Shown: piece by piece, positions 18,724 to 27,538 of the stretch | Layout: every line of letters starts with the position of its first letter | Position numbering within the stretch: the first letter of the stretch is position 1 | Assembly (NCBI GenBank): GCA_038236695.1 | Contig: JBBRZM010000003.1 | Location: 42,476 to 106,475 of the forward strand | Direction: 5' to 3' | From: Acidimicrobiia bacterium | GTDB lineage: Bacteria > Actinomycetota > Acidimicrobiia > IMCC26256 > JBBRZM01 | Length of the DNA: 64,000 nt | Notes under the pieces: model-generated | What the model was told of the DNA's origin: nothing | Databases searched by the model: none | What the model saw: the letters and a program-made list of their open reading frames with translations, nothing else | Made by a program: the position numbers and the translations under genes

Positions 18724-20367
18724 GTGGAGGCCAAGCCGGCGCGACGGCGGAAGTTCTGGGGATGGGGCTTCGAGGACGCGGGCCCGTCGCGCGCGCAGCA
18801 GGAACAGATGGCCGCGACCCTCGCGGAGATGTTCGGGTTGGACGAGCTGCGCGTGAGCACCCCGCCGGAGATCAGCGACATCGATCTCCCCGCTCCGCGT
18901 CTTGCCGCCCCACCGGCGCTCGCATCCATCTGCACGAGCGACCGTTACGAGCGGGCCGGCCACACATACGGCAAGTCGTTTCGCGACGTCGTGCGCGGTT
19001 TCGCACGCGATTTCCGCCACCCGCCTGACGTCGTCGCGCTCCCCCGCGACGAGCGCGACGTGACCGCGCTCCTGGACTGGTGCGCGTCGGCGGACGCGGC
19101 AGCGATCCCGTACGGCGGCGGGTCGTCGGTGGTCGGAGGCGTGGAAGCCGACGTCGGTGATGAGTATCCGGCCGTCGTCACGATCGATCTCCGCCGGCTC
19201 GACCGCGTCGTCGAGATCGATACGACCTCGCGGGCGGCGCGCATTCAAAGCGGCGTGTACGGACCCGCGCTCGAGGACCAGCTTCGTCCGCACGGCCTGA
19301 CGTTGCGGCACTTTCCGCAATCGTTCGAGTTCTCCACACTCGGTGGGTGGATCGCAACCCGCTCCGGCGGCCACTACGCCACCAACCACACCCACATCGA
19401 CGACTTCGTGGAGTCGATCCGTGCCGTCACGCCGCGCGGCGCGCTCGAGACCCGCCGCCTCCCCGGCTCCGGCGCCGGCCCATCACCCGACCGGCTGCTC
19501 CTCGGGTCCGAGGGCACGTTGGGCATCATCACCGAGGCATGGATGCGGCTACAGGATCGCCCGACGTTCCGCGCCGGCGCTGTGGGCCGCTTCCCGACCT
19601 GGGCCGGTGGCGTGGCCGCGGCACGTGCGGTCGCGCGCAGCGGACTCTTCCCCGCGAACTGCCGGTTGCTCGACGCCACCGAGGCAATGATCACCGGCGC
19701 CGGTGACGGCTCGGCCCACTTGTTGCTCGTCGGCTTCGAGTCGGCCGACCACCCGGTCGACGCCTGGATCGCGCGTGCGGTCGAGCTCGTGCGTGATCAC
19801 GGCGGTGCGGTCGACGCTGTCCGCGTGCGCACGCCGGCCGATCAGGACGATGACGCTTCTGGGGACGACGAGACCGGCGCGTGGCGACGCGCGTTCCTGC
19901 GGGCGCCGTACACGCGCGACGCGCTCGTGGCCATGGGGATGGTCAACGAGACGTTCGAGACGGCCGTGACGTGGAGCGGCTTCGACCGGTTATACGACGC
20001 GGTGATGGGCGCAGCCCGCGAGGCGTTACGCGAGATCGGTGCGCCCACCGGCGTGGTGACCTGCCGGCTGACACACGTGTACCCCGACGGCGCCGCGCCG
20101 TACTTCACCGTGATCGCGCCCGGCCGTGAAGGCGCGCAGCTGCAGCAGTGGGCGACGATCAAGGCCGCGGCGGCGGAAGCGCTGCTCGAAAACGGTGGCA
20201 CGATCACTCATCACCATTCGGTCGGCCGCGACCATCGACCGTGGTACGACCGTCAGCGCCCCGAACTGTTTGCCGACGCGCTGCGCGCGGCGAAGCACGC
20301 GCTCGACCCCGCCGCGATCCTCAACCCCGGTGTGCTCTTCGATTCGAGCCGCCAACCCGGACAGTAA
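18724..20367 (+). CDS. FAD-binding oxidoreductase (FAD-linked oxidase, alkyl-DHAP synthase-like)
   Basis: 547-aa track ORF. PYGGGSSVVGG FAD-binding motif. C-terminal GGTITHHHSVGRDH and AILNPG are typical of the family. Confidence 0.85.
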   Translation: MEAKPARRRKFWGWGFEDAGPSRAQQEQMAATLAEMFGLDELRVSTPPEISDIDLPAPRLAAPPALASICTSDRYERAGHTYGKSFRDVVRGFARDFRHPPDVVALPRDERDVTALLDWCASADAAAIPYGGGSSVVGGVEADVGDEYPAVVTIDLRRLDRVVEIDTTSRAARIQSGVYGPALEDQLRPHGLTLRHFPQSFEFSTLGGWIATRSGGHYATNHTHIDDFVESIRAVTPRGALETRRLPGSGAGPSPDRLLLGSEGTLGIITEAWMRLQDRPTFRAGAVGRFPTWAGGVAAARAVARSGLFPANCRLLDATEAMITGAGDGSAHLLLVGFESADHPVDAWIARAVELVRDHGGAVDAVRVRTPADQDDDASGDDETGAWRRAFLRAPYTRDALVAMGMVNETFETAVTWSGFDRLYDAVMGAAREALREIGAPTGVVTCRLTHVYPDGAAPYFTVIAPGREGAQLQQWATIKAAAAEALLENGGTITHHHSVGRDHRPWYDRQRPELFADALRAAKHALDPAAILNPGVLFDSSRQPGQ

Positions 20368-20377
20368 ACTTTGCGTT

Positions 20378-21013
20378 GTGACGTACCGCGCGGTGATCTT
20401 CGACCTTGGTGGCGTGATCTTTCCGTCGCCGTTCGAGGTATTCAGCGCGTACGAACGTGAACACGAGCTTCCCGACCGCTTCCTGCGCGGCGTCGTTGCC
20501 GAGAGCGCCGACAGCGGCGCCTGGGCACGCCTCGAGCGGGGTGAAACCGCGTTCTCGGAATTCTGCGCCGGCTTCGAGGCCGAGTGCGCAGCGGCGGGCG
20601 GCACCGTCGATGCCGCGACGTTGATGAGCGCCGTCGGCACGCGATTCGAACCGCGCGCTGAGATGCTCGCGGCCGTCACGCGGATCCGCGACAAGGGCCT
20701 GAAGACGGCGGCGCTCACGAACAACTGGACCGAGATGGCCGACGACGGCGCCGGACACGAGCTGCCCGCGCTCAATGACCTGTTCGACGTGGTCATCGAG
20801 TCGGCAGTCGAGGGCGTGCGTAAACCCGATCCGGCGATTTACCAGCTCACGTGCATGCGCCTCGGTGTGATGCCCGAGGACGCGGTGTTCCTCGACGACC
20901 TCGGCGTCAACCTGAAGCCGGCACGGGAGCTCGGGATGACCACGATCAAAGTGGCCGACCCGCCGAGCGCGCTCTTGGAGCTCGAAACGATCCTCGGCTT
21001 CTCACTCGTCTGA
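20378..21013 (+). CDS. HAD-superfamily hydrolase (epoxide-hydrolase N-terminal phosphatase-like)
   Basis: In-frame GTG 20378. AVIFDLGGVIF motif I, LTNN motif II, FLDDLGVNL motif IV. Confidence 0.8.
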   Translation: MTYRAVIFDLGGVIFPSPFEVFSAYEREHELPDRFLRGVVAESADSGAWARLERGETAFSEFCAGFEAECAAAGGTVDAATLMSAVGTRFEPRAEMLAAVTRIRDKGLKTAALTNNWTEMADDGAGHELPALNDLFDVVIESAVEGVRKPDPAIYQLTCMRLGVMPEDAVFLDDLGVNLKPARELGMTTIKVADPPSALLELETILGFSLV

Positions 21014-21133
21014 CACCGACACGCGTGCCGCTGCTCGCGCCGCGCCGGCCCGCGTGCGGCTCGGTCTCGGGCGGAAGCCGCCTCTAGACTGCCGGCGTTC
21101 CCACTCGCACCAGCACATTTTCCGGGAGTACCG

Positions 21134-22684
21134 ATGCCGGCTGCCGACGGCCCAAAGGGACGCACGGTCGCTGACATCATGAGCTCACCGGTCGTCACCG
21201 CCTCGCCCGGCGAGACCATCGCCGAGGCTGCCAGTCGCATGCGCGAACAGCATGTGGGGTCGGTGGTGGTCGTCGACGCCGAGCGTCCAGTCGGAATCCT
21301 GACCGAGCGCGATCTGGTGTTCATCGGCGCGGCCGGCGTTGACACGTCGGCGGCGATGGTCGCGGAATGGATGACGGAGAACCCCAACTCCGTCTCGCCC
21401 AACCTCGACGCGACCGACGCCTTCGTCAGCCTCGGCGAGCACGGCTACCGCCATATCCCGGTCGTCGACGGCGACAAGCTCGTCGGCCTGGTCTCGATGC
21501 GTGACCTGATGCGCATCGCGCAGATCCAGCCGGCTGAGGCACTCGCGCACGACGTGCCGAAGGGACTCGAAGGCGTGGTGGTCGCCGAGACCGAGATCGG
21601 CGACGTCCGTGGACTCGAGGGCTTCTATCACTACCGCCAGTACGACGCGGTGGAGCTCGCCGAGAAGCGCACGCTCGAAGAGGTGTGGTACCTCCTGTTC
21701 GACGGCAGGCTCCCGACACGCGAGCAGCGAGAGGCGTTCATCGACGAGCTACGCCCGCTCCGTGAAGTGCCGCGGGAGGTCGAGTCGGCGTTGCACGAGC
21801 TGGCGCGGGTTGCGCCGGATGCACAACCGCTGGATCTCTTGCGCACCGCGGTCTCGCTCATGGGCGCGGCGCTTGGTTTCCGACCGTCGCTCGACCTGCT
21901 CGACATCGAGCTCCGCACGCAAGCCCTACAAGTGTGCGCTGTCGTGCCGACGCTTCTCACCGCGCTGTACCGGCTGCAGCACGGGGTGAACCCCGTCGCG
22001 CCGCATCCTGATCTTCCCTACGCGGCCAACTATCTCTACATGATGAACGACGACGTGCCGAAGCCGGAGCACGCCCGGGCCGTCGAGCAGTACCTCATCT
22101 CCACCATCGATCACGGATTCAACGCTTCGACGTTTACCGCGCGCGTCATCACGTCGACCGGCGCTGATCTCGCGGCGGCAGTGGTTGGCGCGATCGGCTC
22201 GCTGTCGGGACCGCTGCACGGCGGTGCACCGAGCCGAGCGCTCGACATGCTCGACGCGATCGGTTCGGCCGACAAGGCCGAGCCCTGGCTGCGCGACGCG
22301 GTCGGGCGCGGCGATCGACTGATGGGCTTCGGGCACCGCGTCTACAAGACCGACGACCCGCGCTCGGTCATGCTGCGCGGCGTTGCCGAACGTCTCGGCG
22401 GCCCCGACGTCGACCTCGCGAAAGAGATCGAGCGCACCGCCGTCGACGTACTCGCCGAGCTGAAGCCGGGGCGGAAGCTCTACACCAACGTCGAGTTCTA
22501 CGCGGGCATCGTGATGGACGCCTGCGGTGTGCCGCGCCAGATGTTCACGCCGACGTTTGCGTCGAGCCGCGTGATCGGCTGGTGTGCGCACATCCTCGAG
22601 CAGGCGGCCGACAACCGCCTGATCCGTCCCAGCGCGCGCTATGTGGGCGCCCCGCCGCCCGAGCCGGTGCCCGAGATCGACTGA
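21134..22684 (+). CDS. Fusion: N-terminal CBS pair + citrate synthase-family domain
   Basis: 516-aa track ORF. Residues 1-125 carry two CBS repeats (IMSSPVVTASP..., HIPVVDGDKLVGLVSMRDL). The rest is citrate synthase-like (GPLHGGA, GFGHRVYKTDDPR, NVEFYAG). Confidence 0.85.
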   Translation: MPAADGPKGRTVADIMSSPVVTASPGETIAEAASRMREQHVGSVVVVDAERPVGILTERDLVFIGAAGVDTSAAMVAEWMTENPNSVSPNLDATDAFVSLGEHGYRHIPVVDGDKLVGLVSMRDLMRIAQIQPAEALAHDVPKGLEGVVVAETEIGDVRGLEGFYHYRQYDAVELAEKRTLEEVWYLLFDGRLPTREQREAFIDELRPLREVPREVESALHELARVAPDAQPLDLLRTAVSLMGAALGFRPSLDLLDIELRTQALQVCAVVPTLLTALYRLQHGVNPVAPHPDLPYAANYLYMMNDDVPKPEHARAVEQYLISTIDHGFNASTFTARVITSTGADLAAAVVGAIGSLSGPLHGGAPSRALDMLDAIGSADKAEPWLRDAVGRGDRLMGFGHRVYKTDDPRSVMLRGVAERLGGPDVDLAKEIERTAVDVLAELKPGRKLYTNVEFYAGIVMDACGVPRQMFTPTFASSRVIGWCAHILEQAADNRLIRPSARYVGAPPPEPVPEID

Positions 22685-22795
22685 CCCATGAGCGCAATCG
22701 CAGACATTGAGCTCGAGTACCTGCTCGATGAACGCCGCCTCGCACGAGTTGCGACTCAGGCCGCGTTCTCGTCTCGCTCGAATGGCTAGCTCTGG

Positions 22796-24331
22796 TCAGT
22801 GTGCGGGCCTCGCATCGGGGGACGTCGTCACGTACCGGGCGGGATCAGCGTCGAAGGCTTCGGCGCAGCCGGTGCCGCAGAAGTAGTGGTCGACGCCGCC
22901 GAACCGGCGTTGCGCCGCCGCCGTGTCGGGATCGACCGTCATGCCGCACACCGGGTCGACCGTACGCTGGTGGGCTTCGCTCGCTCCGACCACGTCTCCG
23001 TCACCCTCTTCATGGTGTCCGTCGGCCGAGGACCTCGCGTTGGTCGCGAAGCGGCTGGGCTCTGCTTCGAACCGTTCCCGGCAGCGGTCGGAGCAGAAGT
23101 ACCAGGTGTGGCCCCCGTGCGTCGCGTGCGCGGGCGCGTTCGCGGTCTCGACCTGCATCCCGCACACCGGGTCGAAGGCGTAGCCCTGACCGCCACCGAG
23201 GCGGGCCCGGTTGCGGTACAGCCAGTACAGGACGGCGAGGATGGCGAGGAACACCAGATTGAGGAAGGTCGTGTAGTTCCACTGGAAGTGCGTCGTCACG
23301 ATCGTGCGCGACCGTGACGACGGGATGAGGCCGGTCACAGAGAAGAGGCCTTCGACAATCAACCCCGCCGCGGCCATGACCGCGTAGAACCAGAAGAAGA
23401 GACGCAGCGTCAATCGCGTCCCGTAGTACTTGCGGTAGATGAGGACCAATGGGAGCGCGATGAGGTCGGCGAAGATAAAGCTGATCACGCCGCCGAAGCT
23501 GATGCCGCCGTGCCACAGTGCGGCGGCCATGGGGACGTTGCCGATCGAGCAGACGAAGCTGATGAACGCGATGAACGGTCCGACAATCACGTTCTCGAGG
23601 CTCGTCCAGAAGCCGTGGCCCTTGAGGAAGACGGCGTTCCACACGTCCACGGGGACCATCACCGCGAGGAACCCGGCCACCACGTAGCCGATCACCAGTT
23701 CCCTCCGCAGCATCTTGATGTCGGCCATCGTGTAGCTCGCGGCATCGGACCATGCGGCCTTGGAGCGAAGCTTCGTGCCCCATGGAGTCCGTTCGAGCTC
23801 CGCTTGGCGATCCTCGCTCACTCCCACCATGGCCTGGTGATCATGACCTCCGACGATCCCTTGCCTGAGGCGTTCTCGAGCGCGCTTCACCACGGTGCCG
23901 CGCACCACGAAACCGCCGGTGAGCGCCAGCAGCACGATCATGATCGGTCCACCGATGAACTCCGCCGCGGCGAACTGCCAACCCAATAGGACCAGGATGA
24001 CGACCCCGAGCTCGAGCACCAGGTTCGTCGACGCGAACATGAACACCATCGCGGAGACGAAATCGGCGCCCTTCTGGAACAGCGACTTCGCCATCGCGGT
24101 CGCCGCATAGGAACAACTCGACGACACCATGCCGAGTCCCGACGCGCGCGCCACCGCCTTCGCGCGGTGATCGCCGAGCACACGTTCCATCTCGGCTCGC
24201 GACACGAACGCCTGCACCACCCCAGAGAGCCCAAAACCCACGATGAGCGCCCACAGCGTCTCCCAGAACATGAAAAAGGCTTCGCGGAGGCTGTCGTTGA
24301 CATCGGCGAGGCCGATCGAGCCGAGGATCAC
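22796..24331 (-). CDS. Polytopic permease (DUF318/ArsP-like) with two C-terminal YHS/TRASH metal-binding domains
   Basis: 511-aa track ORF with about 10 TM helices. Tail carries DPVCGMQVE...HGGHTWYFCSDRCRERF and DPVCGMTVD...GVDHYFCGTGCAEAF. Start overlaps the csoR stop by 4 nt. Confidence 0.8.
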   Translation of the reverse strand: MILGSIGLADVNDSLREAFFMFWETLWALIVGFGLSGVVQAFVSRAEMERVLGDHRAKAVARASGLGMVSSSCSYAATAMAKSLFQKGADFVSAMVFMFASTNLVLELGVVILVLLGWQFAAAEFIGGPIMIVLLALTGGFVVRGTVVKRARERLRQGIVGGHDHQAMVGVSEDRQAELERTPWGTKLRSKAAWSDAASYTMADIKMLRRELVIGYVVAGFLAVMVPVDVWNAVFLKGHGFWTSLENVIVGPFIAFISFVCSIGNVPMAAALWHGGISFGGVISFIFADLIALPLVLIYRKYYGTRLTLRLFFWFYAVMAAAGLIVEGLFSVTGLIPSSRSRTIVTTHFQWNYTTFLNLVFLAILAVLYWLYRNRARLGGGQGYAFDPVCGMQVETANAPAHATHGGHTWYFCSDRCRERFEAEPSRFATNARSSADGHHEEGDGDVVGASEAHQRTVDPVCGMTVDPDTAAAQRRFGGVDHYFCGTGCAEAFDADPARYVTTSPDARPAH

Positions 24332-24615
24332 GACTTGACCATGCGAGCGATCGCGGCCGAGGCCTCTTCGACCTTCGCGGATGCGCGTGCTCCGCCCGTG
24401 TCGATCGCGGCAGCGACGCAGTGCGCGAGATGATCGTCGAGCAACACCAAGGCAACGCCCTGCAACGCCCGCGTCACGGACGCGACTTGGTCGAGGATGT
24501 CGATGCAGTAGCGATCTTCGTTCACCATCCGCTCGAGACCCCGCACCTGACCCTCGATGCGGTGCAGGCGCTTCTGGATGCGCTCCTTGTTCTCCTCGTA
24601 ACCAACCGGGCTCAT
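24328..24615 (-). CDS. csoR: CsoR-family copper-sensing transcriptional repressor
   Basis: 95-aa track ORF. RLHRIEGQVRGLERMV, and C-H-C ligand pattern (YCID ... HLAHC). Confidence 0.85.
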   Translation of the reverse strand: MSPVGYEENKERIQKRLHRIEGQVRGLERMVNEDRYCIDILDQVASVTRALQGVALVLLDDHLAHCVAAAIDTGGARASAKVEEASAAIARMVKS

Positions 24616-24642
24616 GATTTCAGTATAGCCCTACCCCCTATA
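24616..24642 (-). promoter_or_regulatory. Putative leaderless csoR promoter (-10 TATACT) overlapped by an operator-like TATAG-N9-CTATA repeat
   Basis: Minus strand reads TATAGGGGGTAGGGCTATACTGAAATC-ATG. TATACT (24622-24627) ends 6 nt before the ATG. G/C-tract repeat lies at 24624-24642. Confidence 0.35.
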
Positions 24643-24764
24643 TCGAGTTGCAAGGGCTGCGGGCACCTCGCAACGGTGATGCCAGCGCGCGAACCAGCTC
24701 GACGGCGTCGCCGCCAGCGGTCGTGCCGTAATTGTCGATGCTTTGCGTTCCGACGTGGACGGCC

Positions 24765-27137
24765 TCAAGCACGGGTCGCGACAGGCTCAGCCCTTGATTC
24801 GGGTCGAGCCGCGTCAACGGGCGCCGGGAGTCGGAGTCGCGTCAGCATCAGCGCGTTGACGGCGACGATGAAGCTCGATCCCGACATCGACAGCGCCGCG
24901 ATCTCGGGGCGGAGCACGAGGCCGAATGCGGGCTCGAACACACCGGCGGCGATCGGCAACGCGATCGCGTTGTAGCCGATGGCCCAGCCCAGGTTCTGGC
25001 GCATCTTGCGCAACGTTCCCCGGCCGATGCGCAGCACGGTCGGGACGTCCAGGGGATCGGAGCGCATCAGGACGACGTCGGCGGTCTCTATGGCCACGTC
25101 GGTGCCCGCGCCGATGGCGATGCCGAGGTCGGCCTGAGCGAGCGCGGGGGCATCGTTTACGCCGTCGCCCACCATCGCGACCCGGCGGCCCGCGCGTTGG
25201 AGCTCGGCAACCTTGGCCGATTTGTCGCCGGGGAGCACCTCGGCGATCACGGTGTCGATCCCGAGCCGGCCCGCGATGCGGCGCGCCGTGGCCTCGTTGT
25301 CGCCGGTGAGCATGACGACCTCTACGCCAAGGTCGTGCAGCGCTTCGACGGCGGCAGCCGACGACGGACGGACCGCGTCGGCGATCCCGATGACAGCGGC
25401 CGCGCGCCCGTCGAGGGCAGCGATCACCGCGGTGCGGCCGTCGTCGGCGAGCTCGCGCCGGTGATCCGCGAGGGTTCCGAGCTCGATTCCCTCGCGCTCC
25501 ATGAGCCGGCGGTTGCCGACCGCGACGCGGCGGCCGTCGACCTTGGCGACCGCGCCCTGGCCCGGCACGTTCTCGAACCTCTCCGCGGTACGACTCGGCG
25601 CCTCATGGCCGGCGGCGTAGCGCACCACAGCCTCCGCGAGCGGATGCTCCGACTCGCGCTCCACGGCAGCGACGAGCGCGACGAGCTCGCGCTCATCGGT
25701 GCCGTCGACGATCAGATCGGTCACCTCCGGTTCGCCCTTCGTGAGCGTGCCGGTCTTGTCCATGACCACGACCTCGATGCGCGCCGACGTCTCGATCGCG
25801 GTGGCGTTCTTGAACAGCACGCCGCGTTTGGCCCCGAGTCCGGTGCCGACCATGATCGCGGTGGGTGTCGCCAGGCCCAGGGCGTCGGGACAGGTGATCA
25901 CGACGACCGTGATCGCGAAGAGCACCGCATCGGAGGCGGGCCGCTCGCCGAGCAGCAACCACGCGGCGAGGGTCGCGCCGCCCCCGATCAGCGCGACGAG
26001 CACGAGCCAGAAGGCGGCGCGATCGGCGAGCCGCTGGCCGGGCGCCTTCGAGTTCTGGGCTTCCTGGACAAGCTTGACGATCTGGGCCAGCGCGGTGTCG
26101 CTGCCGACCTTGGCGGCCCGGGCGCGGAGCGTGCCGTTCTCGTTGATCGTCGCGCCGACGAGATCGGAGCCGGGCTCTTTGTGGACTGGGAGGCTCTCCC
26201 CCGTGACCATCGACTCGTCGACCTCGCTGTCGCCCTCCTCGACGGTTGCGTCGACGGGGACCTTCGCTCCCGGACGGACCAGCAGCAGATCGCCGACCAC
26301 GACCTCGGCCGTGGGGACCTCGACCGTCGCGTCGTCGCGGATGACGACCGCCATCGGCGGAGCGAGGTCGAGCAGCGTGCGGATCGCGTCGTTGGCGCCA
26401 CCCCGGGCGCGCATCTCGAACCAGTGGCCGAGCAACACGAACGCCGACAGCACGGTGGCCGCCTCGTAGAACACGTCGCCGCCACCGGTCAGCGTGACGA
26501 CGAGGGAGTACAGCCACCCGGCACCCACCGCGACCGCGACCAGGACCATCATGTCGAGCGTTCGGGCACGCAGGGCGCGGTACGCGCCGTCGAAGAAGAT
26601 CGAGTCCGCGTACACGATCACGGGCAGGCTCAGCAGCAGGCTCCACACGTCGTCACGCAACCCGAACGGCGCGGCCGCGGTAAACCCGAGCACGTCGCGC
26701 CCGATCGGCGACCACAGCAACACCGGGATCGAGAAGATGGCCGCCACGAAGAAGCGGCGGCGCATGTCGCGCACCATGGCGTCCATCGACATGGCGTGGC
26801 CGCCGTGACCCATCAGCTCCTCGGCTGAACGGGTCGCCCGCGCCGGCTCCGCCTGCTCGCCCGGTAGCGCCATCGGGTCGCACACGTGACCGGGGACCGA
26901 CTGCCCGGCGCAGTGGTAGCCGCATTCCACGATGCAGCGCCGCAGATCGGCCAGCGAGATCTCCGCCGGATCGAACCTGACCGTCGCCGTCTGGCCCACT
27001 GGGTTGACTTCGATGGTCTCCACGCCCGCACAGTGTCCGACGACGCGCTCGACGATCGCCTGCTCGGACGCCCACTGCAAATCGCTGACGTCGAGCACCG
27101 TCGTCGTCAGCGCGGCGTGCTCGTGCGCGTCGGTCAT
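24765..27137 (-). CDS. P1B-type heavy-metal (copper-type) translocating ATPase with variant motifs
   Basis: 790-aa track ORF. DKTGTLT, GDGVNDAP, TGES, TM motifs YN and MSGSS as in Cu(I) pumps. TM6 reads CPD instead of CPC, and the N-terminal HMA-like domain lacks both Cys (LQWASEQ). Confidence 0.9.
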   Translation of the reverse strand: MTDAHEHAALTTTVLDVSDLQWASEQAIVERVVGHCAGVETIEVNPVGQTATVRFDPAEISLADLRRCIVECGYHCAGQSVPGHVCDPMALPGEQAEPARATRSAEELMGHGGHAMSMDAMVRDMRRRFFVAAIFSIPVLLWSPIGRDVLGFTAAAPFGLRDDVWSLLLSLPVIVYADSIFFDGAYRALRARTLDMMVLVAVAVGAGWLYSLVVTLTGGGDVFYEAATVLSAFVLLGHWFEMRARGGANDAIRTLLDLAPPMAVVIRDDATVEVPTAEVVVGDLLLVRPGAKVPVDATVEEGDSEVDESMVTGESLPVHKEPGSDLVGATINENGTLRARAAKVGSDTALAQIVKLVQEAQNSKAPGQRLADRAAFWLVLVALIGGGATLAAWLLLGERPASDAVLFAITVVVITCPDALGLATPTAIMVGTGLGAKRGVLFKNATAIETSARIEVVVMDKTGTLTKGEPEVTDLIVDGTDERELVALVAAVERESEHPLAEAVVRYAAGHEAPSRTAERFENVPGQGAVAKVDGRRVAVGNRRLMEREGIELGTLADHRRELADDGRTAVIAALDGRAAAVIGIADAVRPSSAAAVEALHDLGVEVVMLTGDNEATARRIAGRLGIDTVIAEVLPGDKSAKVAELQRAGRRVAMVGDGVNDAPALAQADLGIAIGAGTDVAIETADVVLMRSDPLDVPTVLRIGRGTLRKMRQNLGWAIGYNAIALPIAAGVFEPAFGLVLRPEIAALSMSGSSFIVAVNALMLTRLRLPAPVDAARPESRAEPVATRA

Positions 27138-27378
27138 GCTCGAACGCTACGCGCTGCCGCGGCCGGTCACCGTGTCGACCTTCAATCGCGCCGCTGTCTC
27201 GCGCTGGCGCGCCAGATCATCGAGCTGCTCGTGAAGGTCGCGCTCGGCGCGGCGATCGCGCGGCGATCGAGGTGCCTTGACGGCCCGGGCGCTTGGCTCA
27301 ACGGTCGCGATGGGGCACGAGGTCGGTCTCCGAGCCGCAGTGCCGGCTAGCTACCCACAACCATTTCGCAGTTCAAGG

Positions 27379-27463
27379 TGCCCGGGGAGGGAATCGAACC
27401 CTCACGTCCCCGAGGGGACCGGCGGTTTTAAGCCGCCTGCGTCTACCGTTCCGCCACCCGGGC
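27379..27463 (-). tRNA. tRNA-Leu (anticodon UAA)
   Basis: 85-nt cloverleaf GCCCGGGTGGCGGAACGGTAGACGCAGGCGGCTTAAAACCGCC... Anticodon loop CUUAAAA, long variable arm, T-loop GGTTCGATTCC. Acceptor stem is 7/7 paired. Only CC of CCA is encoded. Confidence 0.9.
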
Positions 27464-27481
27464 GAGACACGAAAGCCTACG

Positions 27482-27514
27482 GGCGGCTAAGCAGCCTGCG
27501 TCTCCCGTTCGGCG
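27482..27514 (-). other. Degenerate copy of the 5' half (D-arm to anticodon stem) of the adjacent tRNA-Leu
   Basis: About 28/33 identity to 27421-27455 with a 2-nt gap (ggcggc--taagcagcctgcgtctcccgttcggcg vs ggcggttttaagccgcctgcgtctaccgttccgcc). No T-arm or acceptor follows. Confidence 0.4.
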
Positions 27515-27538
27515 GCGGCCGCGGCCGAGACGCGCAGG

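Noticed and set aside
27148-27345. About 65-codon open frame on the minus strand ending 12 nt before the ATPase start (…RDRRAERDLHEQLDDLARQRETAARLKVDTVTGRGSA)
   Set aside because: No ATG, GTG or TTG start until the last about 15 codons, with an in-frame TAG upstream. Not CopZ-like. Treated as non-coding, or at most a decayed relic.
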